Assembly (NCBI GenBank): GCA_041660305.1
Contig: JBAZWO010000002.1
Span: 68,739 to 132,738, forward strand
Direction of reading: 5' to 3'
DNA length: 64,000 nt
From: Patescibacteria group bacterium
Lineage (GTDB): Bacteria > Patescibacteriota > Patescibacteriia > UBA9570
The translations under genes and the position numbers were made by a program. The notes beneath the pieces were generated by a model. That model worked only from the letters and a program-made list of their open reading frames with translations. It was not told the origin of the DNA and ran no database searches. Of the stretch, positions 45,802-54,415 are shown in pieces; positions within the stretch are counted from its first letter, which is position 1, and each line of letters begins with the position of its first letter.

Positions 45802-47484
45802 ATGTTAACAAAACAATGTGTCCAATGTAATAAAACCTTTAAGATCGATGATCGGGATTTAGAATTTTACAAAAAAATTACAGTATCACAGCCAACGCAT
45901 TGCCCGGATTGTCGGCAACAAAGACGTCTTGCTCAAATAAATCAATTATTTTTGTATTCTAGAAAGTGTAATGTTACAGGTAAAACGTTAATTTCCAATC
46001 ATCATACGGATCAGCCCTATCCAGTGTATGATTCGGCCTACTGGCATAGCGATCAATGGGATCCAACCGAGTATGGTCGTGATTTTGATTTTGCTCGGCC
46101 ATTTTTTGAGCAATGGCAAGAGTTGAGTAGAGTAGTGCCTCGGCCGGCATTAACTACCGCTTATGAATTTGATCAAAATTCACCCTATACAAATTATGCT
46201 GGTAAAAATAAAAACTGCTACATGATTTTTGATTCTGATGAAAACGAAGATTGTTATTATTCGTATAGTTTAAATTCTTGTAAACAGTGTTTGGATTGTT
46301 ATCGTAGTCGTAAACTTGAATTATGTTATGAATGTGTTGATTGTACAGAGTGTTATGGAAGTTGGTTTCTGCAGGATTGTGTGCAATGCAATTTTAGCAC
46401 GCTCTTAAAAGATTGTGTGGATGTGTCTAACTCTATTATGTGTGTTGGTTTACGGCATAAGGAATATTATATTCTTAATAAACCGGTTGCTAAAGAAGTA
46501 TTTGAAAAAACGTTGCAAGACTTAAAAAGTCGCCATAACTTGAAAAAATATCGTCAACAATTTACAGACTTTGTATTGAAATTTCCAAATAAATTTATGC
46601 ACGGCAGTCAGAATGAAAAAAGTTTTGGTGATTATTTATTACATTGTCAAAATGCTTCGAATTGTTACGATTCAAGTGATTTAGAGAAGTGTAGTTATAT
46701 TTATCAAGCATTTGGTAATGCGAAAGATAGTATGGATTGTGATGAAATTGGTATGAATGCAGAGTTAATGTATGAATGTACTAATGTAGGCTATACGTCT
46801 TATGGTACACAATTTTCTATGGACGCATTATCAGATATTATTAATGTTACTTACAGTGATTACTGTTTTCATTCACAAAATTTATTTGGTTGTATTGGTA
46901 TGAATAAACGTAAATTTTGTATTCTAAACAAGCAGTACAGTGAAAGTGATTATCAGCAGTTGCGCGATAAAATTATTGAACACATGCGAACAACAGGGGA
47001 ATGGGGAGAATTTTTTCCAATCACTACTTCGTCATTTGCTTATAATGAAACACTAGCTCAAAGCTATTACCCACTAACCGAACTGCAAGCTAAAAATAAA
47101 GGATATCACTGGCGCATCCAGGTATTACCGGCCACTAGTGAATCGCAGGCGGTTTTACCAGCTACAGCCGCTGAGATTACACCAGAATTAGTTAAGCACA
47201 TTTTTACGTGTATTCAGTGTAGTCGGAAATATAAATTTTTAAGCCAAGAATTAGTGATGTACCAAGCGGCCGGTATTCCCTTACCTACTCAATGTTTTTA
47301 TTGTCGCAACACTGTTCGACAACAACAACGTAATCCACGTCAATTGTGGCAGCGCCAGTGCATGTGTACACAAATAGATCATAATCATCAAGGTAGGTGT
47401 ACTAATAAATTTCCCACTACCTATAGTCCTGACAGAGTTGAGTTAGTATATTGTGAACAGTGTTATCAAAAAGAAATTTATTAA
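45802..47484 (+). CDS. Cys-rich multi-CxxC protein, paralog 2 of 11 (second N-terminal CxxC pair lost)
   Basis: 560 aa with the family blocks FCILNKQYS, FAYNET, RQCMCTQIDHNHQGRC and CYQKEIY. CNVTGK...VYDSAYW replaces CDLCKK...VYCxxCW. Confidence 0.85.
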   Translation: MLTKQCVQCNKTFKIDDRDLEFYKKITVSQPTHCPDCRQQRRLAQINQLFLYSRKCNVTGKTLISNHHTDQPYPVYDSAYWHSDQWDPTEYGRDFDFARPFFEQWQELSRVVPRPALTTAYEFDQNSPYTNYAGKNKNCYMIFDSDENEDCYYSYSLNSCKQCLDCYRSRKLELCYECVDCTECYGSWFLQDCVQCNFSTLLKDCVDVSNSIMCVGLRHKEYYILNKPVAKEVFEKTLQDLKSRHNLKKYRQQFTDFVLKFPNKFMHGSQNEKSFGDYLLHCQNASNCYDSSDLEKCSYIYQAFGNAKDSMDCDEIGMNAELMYECTNVGYTSYGTQFSMDALSDIINVTYSDYCFHSQNLFGCIGMNKRKFCILNKQYSESDYQQLRDKIIEHMRTTGEWGEFFPITTSSFAYNETLAQSYYPLTELQAKNKGYHWRIQVLPATSESQAVLPATAAEITPELVKHIFTCIQCSRKYKFLSQELVMYQAAGIPLPTQCFYCRNTVRQQQRNPRQLWQRQCMCTQIDHNHQGRCTNKFPTTYSPDRVELVYCEQCYQKEIY

Positions 47485-47493
47485 TTTTTATTG

Positions 47494-47521
47494 GTAGAGA
47501 CGCGCTGCAGCGCGTCTCTAC
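47494..47521. repeat. Perfect 28-nt GC-rich palindrome between paralogs 2 and 3
   Basis: GTAGAGACGCGCTGCAGCGCGTCTCTAC is identical to its own reverse complement. Confidence 0.9.
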
Positions 47522-47533
47522 CTCCCAGAGATT

Positions 47534-49216
47534 ATGCTAACCAAACAATGTATCCAATGCAGTAAAACTTTCAAAATCACCGATACTGATTTGGTGTTTT
47601 ATGAAAAAATAGATGTGCCAGAGCCAACTCAATGTCCAAAATGCCGTTTAATCCGTCGGCTGTTAGAACGCAATGCCAGAGTTTTATATAAAAGAAAATG
47701 TGATTTTAGTGGCAAAATTATCATTTCGCAGTTTCACGAAAAACAACCATTTCCGGTATACGATCAAAATATTTGGTGGAGCGATAAATGGGAAGCTTTA
47801 GATTATGGACGTGAAATTGATTGGACACGATTATTTTTTAAACAATTTCAGGAATTATCAAATGTTGTGCCGCACATGTCGGTGTTCATTATTGGCGGTA
47901 CATTAGAAAATAGCGATTATACTAATTGCACGGGGTATTTAAAAGACTGTTATTTAGTATCCGAAGCTGATTATAATGAAAATTGTTATTATTCTAACCG
48001 TTTTTATCACAGCAAAGACTTGGTTGATTGTTCCGAAGGTTACCAGAATGAATTGTGCTATGAATGTATCGATTGTTCTAATTGCTATCAAACATTTTAT
48101 TCGCAAGAAAGCAAATATTGTCTAAATAGTTATTTTTTATATAATTGCCAGGATTGTAAAGATTGTATTGGTTGTATCAATCAACGCCATAAACAATACC
48201 TGATATTTAATAAGCAATATTCTCAAATAGAATATGAGCGTTTAAAACAAGAGTTTAAATTAGATGTCAGAACGGGCATTGAACAATTACGGGTCAAATC
48301 TCAACAATTTTTTGTAACGCAAATTTATAAACACTTGCAAGTGGAAAAAAATGTTTCTAGTTTCGGTGATCATTTATATCAATCAAACAATGCGCAATTT
48401 TGTTTTGATGGTTCTAAATTAGAGAATTGTAAATATTGTACCAAAATACTCGAAGCTAAAGACTGTATGGATCACACTTCTTGGGGAATTCAAGCGGAAT
48501 TAACCTATCAATGCGCGGCTTGCGGCGACCATATTAATAATATGAAATTTTGTAGTACGTGTACAACTAATTTAACCAATTGTGAATATTGTTATTCATG
48601 TGTTAAATCTTCAGATTTATTTGGTTGTGTTGGCTTAACAAATAAGCAGTATTGCATTTTAAATAAACAATATGCAAAAGAAGATTATTTTATTTTAAAA
48701 GAAAAGCTGATTCAGCATATGAAAAAAACAGGTGAGTATGGCGAATTTTTTCCGTTGGATTCGTGTCCTTTTGCGTATAACGAGACAATAGCCATGGATT
48801 ATTTTCCTTTAACTAAATCAGAAGCTTTACAGCAAGGTTATCACTGGTATGAAGAAGAAAAAAATATTTTACCACAAACATATAAATTAGCTGATAGTAT
48901 AGCGGCTGTTAATAATGACATTTTAGATAATGTTTTAGTTTGTACAACATGCGGCAAGAATTACAAAATTATCAAGCAAGAGTTTGATTTTTATAAAAAG
49001 TTGAACATCCCGGTGCCTAATAAATGTTATACTTGTCGGCATTTAGCCAGAATCAAATTACGCAATCCTATTGAATTATGGCGCCGGCAATGCATGTGTA
49101 CCCAACCAATGCACCAGCATCAAGGCAGATGCACCGTTGAATTTGAAACAAATTTTGCACCAGACAGGAAAGAAATAGTTTATTGTGAACAATGTTATAA
49201 CAAAGAAATATATTAG
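47534..49216 (+). CDS. Cys-rich multi-CxxC protein, paralog 3 of 11 (second N-terminal CxxC pair lost)
   Basis: 560 aa. CDFSGK...VYDQNIW replaces the second ribbon. Has YCILNKQYA, FAYNET, RQCMCTQPMHQHQGRC and CYNKEIY. Confidence 0.85.
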   Translation: MLTKQCIQCSKTFKITDTDLVFYEKIDVPEPTQCPKCRLIRRLLERNARVLYKRKCDFSGKIIISQFHEKQPFPVYDQNIWWSDKWEALDYGREIDWTRLFFKQFQELSNVVPHMSVFIIGGTLENSDYTNCTGYLKDCYLVSEADYNENCYYSNRFYHSKDLVDCSEGYQNELCYECIDCSNCYQTFYSQESKYCLNSYFLYNCQDCKDCIGCINQRHKQYLIFNKQYSQIEYERLKQEFKLDVRTGIEQLRVKSQQFFVTQIYKHLQVEKNVSSFGDHLYQSNNAQFCFDGSKLENCKYCTKILEAKDCMDHTSWGIQAELTYQCAACGDHINNMKFCSTCTTNLTNCEYCYSCVKSSDLFGCVGLTNKQYCILNKQYAKEDYFILKEKLIQHMKKTGEYGEFFPLDSCPFAYNETIAMDYFPLTKSEALQQGYHWYEEEKNILPQTYKLADSIAAVNNDILDNVLVCTTCGKNYKIIKQEFDFYKKLNIPVPNKCYTCRHLARIKLRNPIELWRRQCMCTQPMHQHQGRCTVEFETNFAPDRKEIVYCEQCYNKEIY

Positions 49217-49239
49217 GCCCCCTAACCCCCTGAAGGGGG
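49217..49239. repeat. Short G/C-run hairpin (R14)
   Basis: GCCCCCTAACCCCCTGAAGGGGG starts at the base after the stop codon. The same sequence occurs at 50893..50915. Confidence 0.8.
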
Positions 49240-49254
49240 AAAATACAAATATTT

Positions 49255-50892
49255 ATGAATAAACAATGTAAAAATTGCAACAAAACGTTCAAGATCGATG
49301 ATCAAGATTTGGAATTTTACAAAAAGATGCAAGTACCACAACCAACTCATTGTCCGGATTGCCGGCAACAGCGGCGATTGGCGTGGCGGAATGAAAGAAA
49401 ATTATATGCGCGCACTTGCGATCTATGTAAAAAATCTATCATTTCAATTTATTCACCAGAATCTCTTTATCTAGTGTATTGCCAAGAGTGTTGGTGGAGT
49501 GATCGATGGGATGCTTTGCAATATGGTCGACAATTTGATTTTAACCGTCCTTTTTTTGAGCAGTTTCACGATTTGCAATTGCAGGTGCCACGTTTAGCCT
49601 TATTTAACTTACATAGTATCAACAGCGAGTATACCAATCATTCATTTGATAATAAAAATTGTTATATGGGGGTAGCGTTTGGTGGTTGTGAAGATTGCTA
49701 TTATGGACAGTGGTTGCTAAATTCACGTAATTGTCTTGATTGTTTATATCTCACTGATTGTGAATTATGTTATGAATGTTCTTATTGTAATAATTGTTAT
49801 CAAACTTATTGGTCGCAGCATTGTGATAACATGCAGAATAGTTTATTATGTTTTGAATGTCGAGACTGCGCCAATTGTTTAGGCTGTGTTCAGTTGCAAC
49901 ATCAACAGTATGCCATCTTAAATAAAACTGTGTCAGTTAATGAATTTAATCAGCAGAAGCAAGTAATATTAAATGATCCAAAGAAATTTCAAGAGCTACA
50001 AAAAGCTTATGAAGTTTTAAAATTAAAAACACCTCGGCGCTGGAGCTTACAGGTGAATTGTGAAAATTGTACCGGTAATGATTTGTATTATAGTACTAAT
50101 GCTAACGCTTGCTTTCATTGTCGTAAAGTGCAGAATTGTAAATATGTTTATGATGCTGTAAATAACATTGATTGTTTTGATTCTTATGAACATGGTTGGG
50201 ATATTGCCAGCCAGTTAATTTATGAAACACATGCTGGTATGGCTGGTTATAATTTAAAATTTTGCCATATTTGTGCCGAAAGTAGAGATCTGGAATATTG
50301 TGATTGCTGTTTTAGTAATTCAGTCAATTTATTTGGTTGTGTTGGTTTGAAAAATCAGAAATTTGTTATTTTAAATAAACAATATTCTGAAACAGATTAT
50401 TTTAAAATGAAAAATGAAATTATTAAGCACATGTCTGGCGGAAAACAAACAAGAGAATACGGCGAATTTTTTCCCATCAAATATTCACCGTTTGCTTATA
50501 ATGAAAGCGTAGCACAAGAATATTTTCGTTTAAATAAAACAGAAGTTTTACGTAAGCGATGGTACTGGCGTGATGAGGTGGTTCAGCAGAAACAAACAAT
50601 AGGTAATTTTCTTACTTGCCAAAGTTGCCAGCAATTTTATCGTTTAATTCCTCAGGAAATAAAATTTTATCAACAAATTAGTGTTAAGGCACCAAAATAT
50701 TGCCCAGATTGTAGACATTTACAGCGCATGCGTTTGCGTAATTCAAGACAGCTTTGGCACCGCCAATGTATGTGCACTCAACCGGATCATAATCATAACG
50801 GGCGTTGTGCTACCGAATTCGAAACCACTTATTCACCGGACAGGAAAGAACTAATTTACTGTGAACAGTGTTACAACAAAGAAATATATTAG
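49255..50892 (+). CDS. Cys-rich multi-CxxC protein, paralog 4 of 11
   Basis: 545 aa. I count 45 Cys. Full N-terminal four-CxxC module, FVILNKQYS, FAYNES, RQCMCTQPDHNHNGRC and CYNKEIY. Confidence 0.85.
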   Translation: MNKQCKNCNKTFKIDDQDLEFYKKMQVPQPTHCPDCRQQRRLAWRNERKLYARTCDLCKKSIISIYSPESLYLVYCQECWWSDRWDALQYGRQFDFNRPFFEQFHDLQLQVPRLALFNLHSINSEYTNHSFDNKNCYMGVAFGGCEDCYYGQWLLNSRNCLDCLYLTDCELCYECSYCNNCYQTYWSQHCDNMQNSLLCFECRDCANCLGCVQLQHQQYAILNKTVSVNEFNQQKQVILNDPKKFQELQKAYEVLKLKTPRRWSLQVNCENCTGNDLYYSTNANACFHCRKVQNCKYVYDAVNNIDCFDSYEHGWDIASQLIYETHAGMAGYNLKFCHICAESRDLEYCDCCFSNSVNLFGCVGLKNQKFVILNKQYSETDYFKMKNEIIKHMSGGKQTREYGEFFPIKYSPFAYNESVAQEYFRLNKTEVLRKRWYWRDEVVQQKQTIGNFLTCQSCQQFYRLIPQEIKFYQQISVKAPKYCPDCRHLQRMRLRNSRQLWHRQCMCTQPDHNHNGRCATEFETTYSPDRKELIYCEQCYNKEIY

Positions 50893-50915
50893 GCCCCCTA
50901 ACCCCCTGAAGGGGG
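50893..50915. repeat. Short G/C-run hairpin (R15)
   Basis: Identical to 49217..49239 and part of the 88-bp identity block 50875..50962. Confidence 0.8.
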
Positions 50916-50930
50916 AAAATACAAATATTT

Positions 50931-52607
50931 ATGAATAAACAATGTAAAAATTGCAACAAAACCTTCAAGATCACCGATCAAGATTTGGCGTTTTATGAAA
51001 AGATCAATGTGTCAATACCGACTCATTGCCCGGATTGTCGGTTACAGCGCCGGTTGGCCTGGCGGAATGAGCGCACTCTTTATGCCAGAACATGTGATTT
51101 GTGTCATAAAAAAATTCTAGCGCTTTATCCAAAAAACAGTTCGTACAAAGTTTATTGCCATGATTGTTATTGGGGAGACAGTTGGTCTGGTTTAGAAGAT
51201 GGTCGAGAGTTTGATTTTGATAAACCATTTTTTGAGCAGTACACTGAGTTGATAAAAAAATTACCTCATCCTGCCGCTTACAACGATCAAATTGAAAATA
51301 GTGAATACATTAATTACTGTTATGGTGCCAAAAATTGTTATTTATTATTTGGTTCAGATGAAAATGAAGATTGTTATTATTGTACTCATGTTAAAAATTG
51401 CGTAAACTGCATCGATTGCATAACATCAGATCATCTGGAATTATGCAGTAATTGTGTTGATTGTTCGTATAGCTATAATACTCACTACGCACAAGAAAGC
51501 CATCAACTGCGGGATTGCTATTTCAATTTTGATTGTAAGAACTGCTCTAATTGTTTTGGTTCGGCGGGATTAAGAAATAAGCAATTTATTTTATTCAACA
51601 AACAAGTGTCGGCCGAAGAATATCACAAACAAGTTGATGATATGTTAAAGAAGCACACTGTGGCAGAACTATATAAAATGGCGGAGCAGACCAGATTAAA
51701 AAATCCATGCCAACCGGCTATAATTATAGCTAGCCATAATAGCAGTGGAGACCATTTGCATAATTGTTCTAACGCTCAACAATGTTTCGATAGCAATGAC
51801 ATAATTGATGCAAAATATATTTATTATGTTAATGGTAAAGCGTTTGATTGCATGGATGTATACGGCGGTGGCTTTAACTATGAACAATGTTACGAGTTTA
51901 TTGTTGGCATTGGCCACAATTTGCATTTTAGCATGTTGTGTTGGAAATCCGTATATAATATTGCTTATTCGATTCTTACAAACAACGCGCACGATTGTTT
52001 TGGTTGTTTTTCTTTAAAAACCGGACAATACGCTATTTTTAACAAACAATATTCAGCTTCTGATTACAGTCAGTTAAAAAATAAAATTATCCATCACATG
52101 AAGCAAACTGGCGAGTGGGGAGAGTTTTTTCCGGTAGAAAAATCAATTTTTGCTTATAATGAAACTAACGCGCAAATAGAATTTCCATTAAATAAAACAA
52201 CCGTGCAACAACGTAATTGGCGGTGGACGGATACTATATATGTAACCACTGGTAAAGAAACGGCTGATATAAATAAAACGGCAACTTTTGCCCCATTGCT
52301 AAATAATAATATCACCAAAAATATTTATAAATGCAGTACTTGTGAGAGAAATTTTAAAATATTAGGTCAAGAATTTATTTTTTATCAGCGTCAGAAAATT
52401 TTCATTCCGGTAGATTGTTACGAATGCCGCTTTGTTAAATTGTACAAAAAACGTAATTCATATCAAATTTGGCATCGCCAATGCATGTGCACTCAGATTG
52501 ATCATAATCATCAAGGCCGGTGTGCTACAGAATTCGAAACAACTTATGCACCAGACAGAAAAGAATTAATTTATTGTGAACAGTGTTATCAAAAGGAAAT
52601 ATATTAA
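50931..52607 (+). CDS. Cys-rich multi-CxxC protein, paralog 5 of 11
   Basis: 558 aa with the family blocks YAIFNKQYS, FAYNET, RQCMCTQIDHNHQGRC and CYQKEIY. Confidence 0.85.
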   Translation: MNKQCKNCNKTFKITDQDLAFYEKINVSIPTHCPDCRLQRRLAWRNERTLYARTCDLCHKKILALYPKNSSYKVYCHDCYWGDSWSGLEDGREFDFDKPFFEQYTELIKKLPHPAAYNDQIENSEYINYCYGAKNCYLLFGSDENEDCYYCTHVKNCVNCIDCITSDHLELCSNCVDCSYSYNTHYAQESHQLRDCYFNFDCKNCSNCFGSAGLRNKQFILFNKQVSAEEYHKQVDDMLKKHTVAELYKMAEQTRLKNPCQPAIIIASHNSSGDHLHNCSNAQQCFDSNDIIDAKYIYYVNGKAFDCMDVYGGGFNYEQCYEFIVGIGHNLHFSMLCWKSVYNIAYSILTNNAHDCFGCFSLKTGQYAIFNKQYSASDYSQLKNKIIHHMKQTGEWGEFFPVEKSIFAYNETNAQIEFPLNKTTVQQRNWRWTDTIYVTTGKETADINKTATFAPLLNNNITKNIYKCSTCERNFKILGQEFIFYQRQKIFIPVDCYECRFVKLYKKRNSYQIWHRQCMCTQIDHNHQGRCATEFETTYAPDRKELIYCEQCYQKEIY

Positions 52608-52660
52608 GCCCCCTAACCCCTCTTCGAGCCAGAGCCTCAGAGCCGATGGCCTGAAGGGGG
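52608..52660. repeat. G/C-run element (R16)
   Basis: GCCCCCTAACCCCTCTTCGAGCCAGAGCCTCAGAGCCGATGGCCTGAAGGGGG has the same ends as R14/R15, with an extra ~28-nt internal segment. Confidence 0.7.
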
Positions 52661-52671
52661 AATAAAATATT

Positions 52672-54354
52672 ATGTCAACAAAACAGTGTGTTCAATGCAA
52701 CAAAACCTTCCAGATCGATGATCATGATTTAGCGTTTTATAAAAAAATGCAGGTGCCACAGCCGACCCATTGCCCGGATTGCCGGTTGCAAAGAAGATTG
52801 GCGTTTCGTAACGAACGAAACCTTTATCAGCGCACTTGTGATTTAACTGGCAAACCAATTTTATCGGCGTTTAGTTTGGACAAGCCGTTTCCGGTATATA
52901 GCATAGAGGCTTGGTGGTTAGATAAATGGAACGCGTTGGATTATGGCAGGGAATATGATTTTAATAAAGCTTTTTTTGAACAGTATCGCGAATTGCAAGC
53001 TAAAGTGCCGCGCTTAGCTTTGCAGCAGCAACAGCCAATGGAAAATAGTGAGTACTGCAATTGCGCCAGCCGTAATAAAAATTGCTATTTAGTTTTTTCT
53101 ACCAATCAATGCGAGGATTGTTACCATGGTTCATGGGTGAACTCTTCTAAGAATTGCGTGGACAGCTATGATATTCTTAATTGCGAACTGTGTTATGAAA
53201 ATATTGATTGTCTGCATTGTTATAATTGTAGTTACGCGCAAGATAACCGTGATTGCACGGATTGTTATTTTATTAAAAATTGCGTTGGCAGTAATAATTT
53301 GGCTTTTTGCACGAATTTAGTCAATGCCAGTTATCAGATTTTTAATAAACCGGTGAGTCCGGAACAATTTGCTGTTTGGGTGAAAGCCTTGCGAGCGGCT
53401 ACTAGTGAAACATGGCGGCAGTATCAGCAAGATTATTTAAACTTGATAAAAAAATCATTTGTTCGTTTCTACCAAGGCGCGCGCAATGAAGCATCAACCG
53501 GTAATTATATTTATAATTGCCATCAGTGCGCGGATTGTTTTCTAGTTACCTCGGCTGAACAACTGCGTTATTGCGCGCATTTGGAGTTTGTTAAAGACGC
53601 GATGGATTATACGTATTGGGGGCAACAAGCCGAATTAATGTATGAAGTGATTGGCTCCGGCTATCAGGTAAACAATTTAAAATTTTGCGTGTTATGCTGG
53701 TCGGGCTGTAAAAATTTAGAATATTGCGATCATTGTTTTTCCTGCCAAGATTGTTTCGGTTGCGTCGGTTTAAAAAAACAGCAATACTGCATATTAAATA
53801 AACAATTCACAAAAAGCGCGTATGAAATAATGGTTAATAAAATAAAAGCTCAAATGCGAAAAAATAAAGAGTATGGTGAATTTTTTCCAGTAAGTTGCTC
53901 GCCGTTTGCCTACAATGAGTCATTGGCTAATGATTTTTTTCCTTTATCTGAAGCGCAAGTAGCACGGCATGGTTGGCAGTGGAAAATGAAAAATAGCAGT
54001 GATTATCAGACACAGCAGTATAAAATTCCGCCACATATTTTAAACGTGCCGGATAATATAGTAAAAGAATTATTGGCTTGCGAGCTGTGCGGAAAAAATT
54101 ATAAGATTGTTCTTCCGGAATTGCAATTTTATCGTACACAATTATTGCCAATACCAACTTTGTGTCCGGAGTGTCGCCATTTAGCGCGCGTGCACCGCCG
54201 GCCCGGTTATGCCATTTGGTCGCGCCGCTGCATGTGCACTCAACCGATGCACAAACATAGTGGCCGGTGCGACCTAGAAGTTTCTACCGCCTATTCGCCG
54301 GATAAACCAGAATTAATTTACTGTGAGGAGTGTTATCAAAAAGAAATTTATTAA
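52672..54354 (+). CDS. Cys-rich multi-CxxC protein, paralog 6 of 11 (second N-terminal CxxC pair lost)
   Basis: 560 aa. CDLTGK...VYSIEAW replaces the second ribbon. Has YCILNKQFT, FAYNES, RRCMCTQPMHKHSGRC and CYQKEIY. Confidence 0.85.
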   Translation: MSTKQCVQCNKTFQIDDHDLAFYKKMQVPQPTHCPDCRLQRRLAFRNERNLYQRTCDLTGKPILSAFSLDKPFPVYSIEAWWLDKWNALDYGREYDFNKAFFEQYRELQAKVPRLALQQQQPMENSEYCNCASRNKNCYLVFSTNQCEDCYHGSWVNSSKNCVDSYDILNCELCYENIDCLHCYNCSYAQDNRDCTDCYFIKNCVGSNNLAFCTNLVNASYQIFNKPVSPEQFAVWVKALRAATSETWRQYQQDYLNLIKKSFVRFYQGARNEASTGNYIYNCHQCADCFLVTSAEQLRYCAHLEFVKDAMDYTYWGQQAELMYEVIGSGYQVNNLKFCVLCWSGCKNLEYCDHCFSCQDCFGCVGLKKQQYCILNKQFTKSAYEIMVNKIKAQMRKNKEYGEFFPVSCSPFAYNESLANDFFPLSEAQVARHGWQWKMKNSSDYQTQQYKIPPHILNVPDNIVKELLACELCGKNYKIVLPELQFYRTQLLPIPTLCPECRHLARVHRRPGYAIWSRRCMCTQPMHKHSGRCDLEVSTAYSPDKPELIYCEECYQKEIY

Positions 54355-54357
54355 AAT

Positions 54358-54397
54358 CCTACCTCACCCCCAGCCCCTCTCCTGTTCAGGAGAGGGG
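54358..54397. repeat. G/C-run palindromic element (R17)
   Basis: CCTACCTCACCCCCAGCCCCTCTCCTGTTCAGGAGAGGGG is identical to 56099..56138. Confidence 0.85.
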
Positions 54398-54415
54398 AGA
54401 AATGCAAAAATATTT

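Noticed and set aside
54323-54415. N-terminal extensions of track ORFs 54323, 56064 and 57691 (MRSVIKKKFIKILPHPQPLSCSGEGRNAKIF..., etc.)
   Set aside because: The extensions read through the 3' end of the preceding paralog and the intergenic repeat. The internal ATGs (54416, 56157, 57781) align with the MxxKQCxxC N-termini of all other paralogs.
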